Part shown: piece by piece, positions 19,385 to 21,699 of the stretch
Numbering within the stretch: position 1 is the first letter of the stretch
How the letters are laid out: each line of letters opens with the position of its first letter
NCBI GenBank assembly: GCA_051942205.1
Contig: JAVECO010000102.1
Span: 62,001 to 83,699, forward strand
DNA from: Coniocarpon cinnabarinum
Lineage: Eukaryota
Length of the DNA stretch: 21,699 nucleotides
Direction of reading: 5' to 3'
Position numbers and translations under genes: made by a program
Notes under the pieces: model-generated
The model's database searches: none
Told to the model about the DNA's origin: nothing
What the model saw: only the letters and a program-made list of their open reading frames with translations

Positions 19385-20136
19385 TTAGTCATTAGACGGT
19401 GGAGGTATTGGTGCGAAGAGTGACAGGCTTTCGGAGTCCGGACAGACAGCCTCACGCTATGATAATAGAGTCAGTTGGCTGGTAGCAGCTGCAGGGCCTC
19501 CACGCTTTAAGCACCTACCGCCATACGTTGTTTTTGATACTCGACTCTCTCCGCGACGACGTACGTCCGCCCGCCGTCCATGTAAGGAGGTTTGGCAGGG
19601 CAATCCTCGTATGACGTCCCATTCCAACAAGTGTATGAGCAAATGCCTTTGACATAGTGCTCCGTGATTTCGCTGAGCACAGATTAGCAGCAGCCTTCCA
19701 AGTCGTACTAAACACCAGTGGCGTACGTAATGACCACTTCGTAGGTGGACATCTCTTGGATACCATTACCCCCTGCCTCGATCATGTCGATGTGGCTCAG
19801 GAACCTCTGTTGAGCCGTCTCACGGCAGCTGTCCTTGACGGCGGCCCACTTCGACTTGTCATTCTTGAACTCCGCTGTTTTACGAGAGGTCCTCAGGCGG
19901 AAGGGAATCCATCTGTTTTCGTTCTGGCGGTCGTGCTGCTCAGCTGCGGCCCGATCTTCATCATCCAACAGCTCACGCGGTGGATCTATAGAGCTAATGC
20001 AACCAAGCGACGTTTCGACATTGAGTCTAACCTTGATCTCGCGGCCCGAGAGGTCAAGAGAACAGATGTAGCTGTCAGGGTCGCCCCCAGCCGAGCCGAG
20101 CTTGCCAGTTGCTGTCGCTTGTGAGGACTGAGACAT
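19385..20136 (-). CDS. Hypothetical protein, 211 aa; exons 20136-19727, 19672-19519, 19456-19385
   Basis: Introns 19726-19673 (GTACGC, CTAAT, CAG) and 19518-19457 (GTAGGT, CTGAC, TAG) join one frame: MSQSSQ...TYEVVIT|EITEHYVKGICSYTCWNGTSYEDCPAKPPY...RMA|REAVCPD...PPPSND*. No family was recognised. Confidence 0.75.
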
Positions 20137-21699
20137 AGCTGAGATGATACTGGGTATCAAGTAGCGGTGTCAATGCTGAGAGCAGGAGTAACTCAGATAT
20201 TGTCACAAGTGAGCTTGCCGAGAGTCTTTACTGAGCAAGAGAATGTGCAAGCTTTTATGTTCTCCAGTCGGCTGGCGTTTGCACTTGCTCTTGTGCCGCA
20301 TGCTGCAATGCAAGGCTTGACCGACAGCCTGCGCCTATCGTACGTGCGCATATTCGAACAAAAAATCTGACCAATAGAACCTGTGCGCGAACTACTCGGT
20401 ACGTGCGTTCCGTCGGTGATGATGTTCACCACGCTTCGAAAACCTGATGATTCTGTGGAGAACAGCGATCGCGTGCTAGCAAACGCTGTCGTGCAACACA
20501 CGCAATGGTTCGCGAACCAGTGTGCGCGGCTCCATGGGTCAGAAGACAGTCAGACATGCTGGAGTCGTGTAGCCTAATGCGGCCTCACTGTTTGTCGATG
20601 GCTGTTCTCCTCTGCCTATGAGAAGCTGAGTGGGCCGATGACTTCTCCGCCATTGACAAACCTTCACATTGCGCCCACTCAACAAAAGCCGCCGGCTTGT
20701 CACAGCGTTCGCGCAGCTGCAGCATATCGCGCAATCGGACTGGTCTGGCCAACTCTGCAACGGTCAACTGTCACAGACTGCATGGCAAATTGCCACCGCC
20801 TTCTTTGTCCGTCGCCACGCCTGTCCATCTATCAGTAACGAGGCAATCAGCGCCCCTGACATCGCAGCGTTGGCAGAGTGCCCAAGTTGTGCGAGTTCGG
20901 CAGTACCTGGATCTCCGTCGTCGAGTCTAATACTTGCAATATGAGTGGCTCAGCCAACTTTGTAGCGTTTGTGACGCCCCAAAGCCAACCATGTGCCACC
21001 CAGGCGGTTCTTGACTAACTCACCGACCCAGTCAACGGGAATGTGGCTCAGCAAGCAAAGCTGACGCAAGTGAAGCGTTTGTACGTTGCGCGTATAGCCG
21101 CCCGAGGCTCTGCGGCTCTGCCACTTGCGTCCGTTGTCCACATGGCATTCACGGCTGCTGTTATTCATGCTTCTTCCATCATTCTCCACCTCTTCCTTCT
21201 CCCTCCCACCCACCATCCCGGAAGCGGCATCATCGTGCGCCTGTGTTGTCACTCCTCGTGGCATTCAAACCCGCATCAGCGCTTGTATCAAACCTCCTCC
21301 CGTGATCATCTTTGCTTTAAACATCTAGGTAGACTCTACGAAGTTTTGGTCATGTCAACCACAAGTATCCCGTAATGCAACAATCAGTAGAGCCGGTTCT
21401 TTCGCTATTTCATCGCCAAGACTTTACTGCAGACGCAGCGACCGTTGATTGAACGTCGTAGTATGTCCGCATGCACAGTGAGGCATGAGTTTTGCAAGTG
21501 GAGTCGCAGCTCAATCGTGGACATGGCTCGGAGAGCAGACCGTCGAACGGTCCCTGAGATCCGTGTATATGTGCGGTAGATTAGCTAAAATTCTTCCAAC
21601 TTCGAATCACAAGCAAAGAGCTGGACAGACGCTTGGCGGACGGAATGATGGCATGATTCCTGATTGATCGGCTTCATCCTTCCCGTCCCTCCCCCCCAC

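Noticed and set aside
20167..21667. Overlapping 60-110 aa ORFs on both strands
   Set aside because: No consistent exon structure or domain. Treated as upstream or intergenic sequence.
15150..21699. Starship or other giant transposon boundary
   Set aside because: No tyrosine recombinase (DUF3435 captain) or typical cargo gene is recognisable in the window.

Overview
Eukaryotic DNA from a filamentous ascomycete (Pezizomycotina-type), shown by short GT-AG introns with CTRAY branch points. The ORF track ignores splicing, so I rebuilt the gene models by hand. Bases 1-14.8 kb are a compact core region containing, in order: a disrupted CorA-like gene end, SYF2, a COQ11-like SDR, an orphan gene abutting YAF9 in the same frame, a 4-exon orphan, a type I membrane protein with a Kre9/KNH-like ectodomain, a Ure2p-like GST, complex I subunit NDUFS5, and the m-AAA protease (AFG3/YTA12 family). 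From about 15.2 to 19.3 kb the sequence is a degenerate, TpA-rich block that looks RIP-mutated. It holds a ~1.84 kb element bounded by imperfect inverted repeats, a 12-bp tandem array and spliced gene relics. An intact 3-exon orphan gene follows at 19385-20136 (-). I found no rRNA, tRNA or CRISPR. The best candidates for something new are the single-stop in-frame junction between the orphan gene and YAF9, and the inverted-repeat element with its 12-mer array. Both are hypotheses that need RNA-seq and homology searches.
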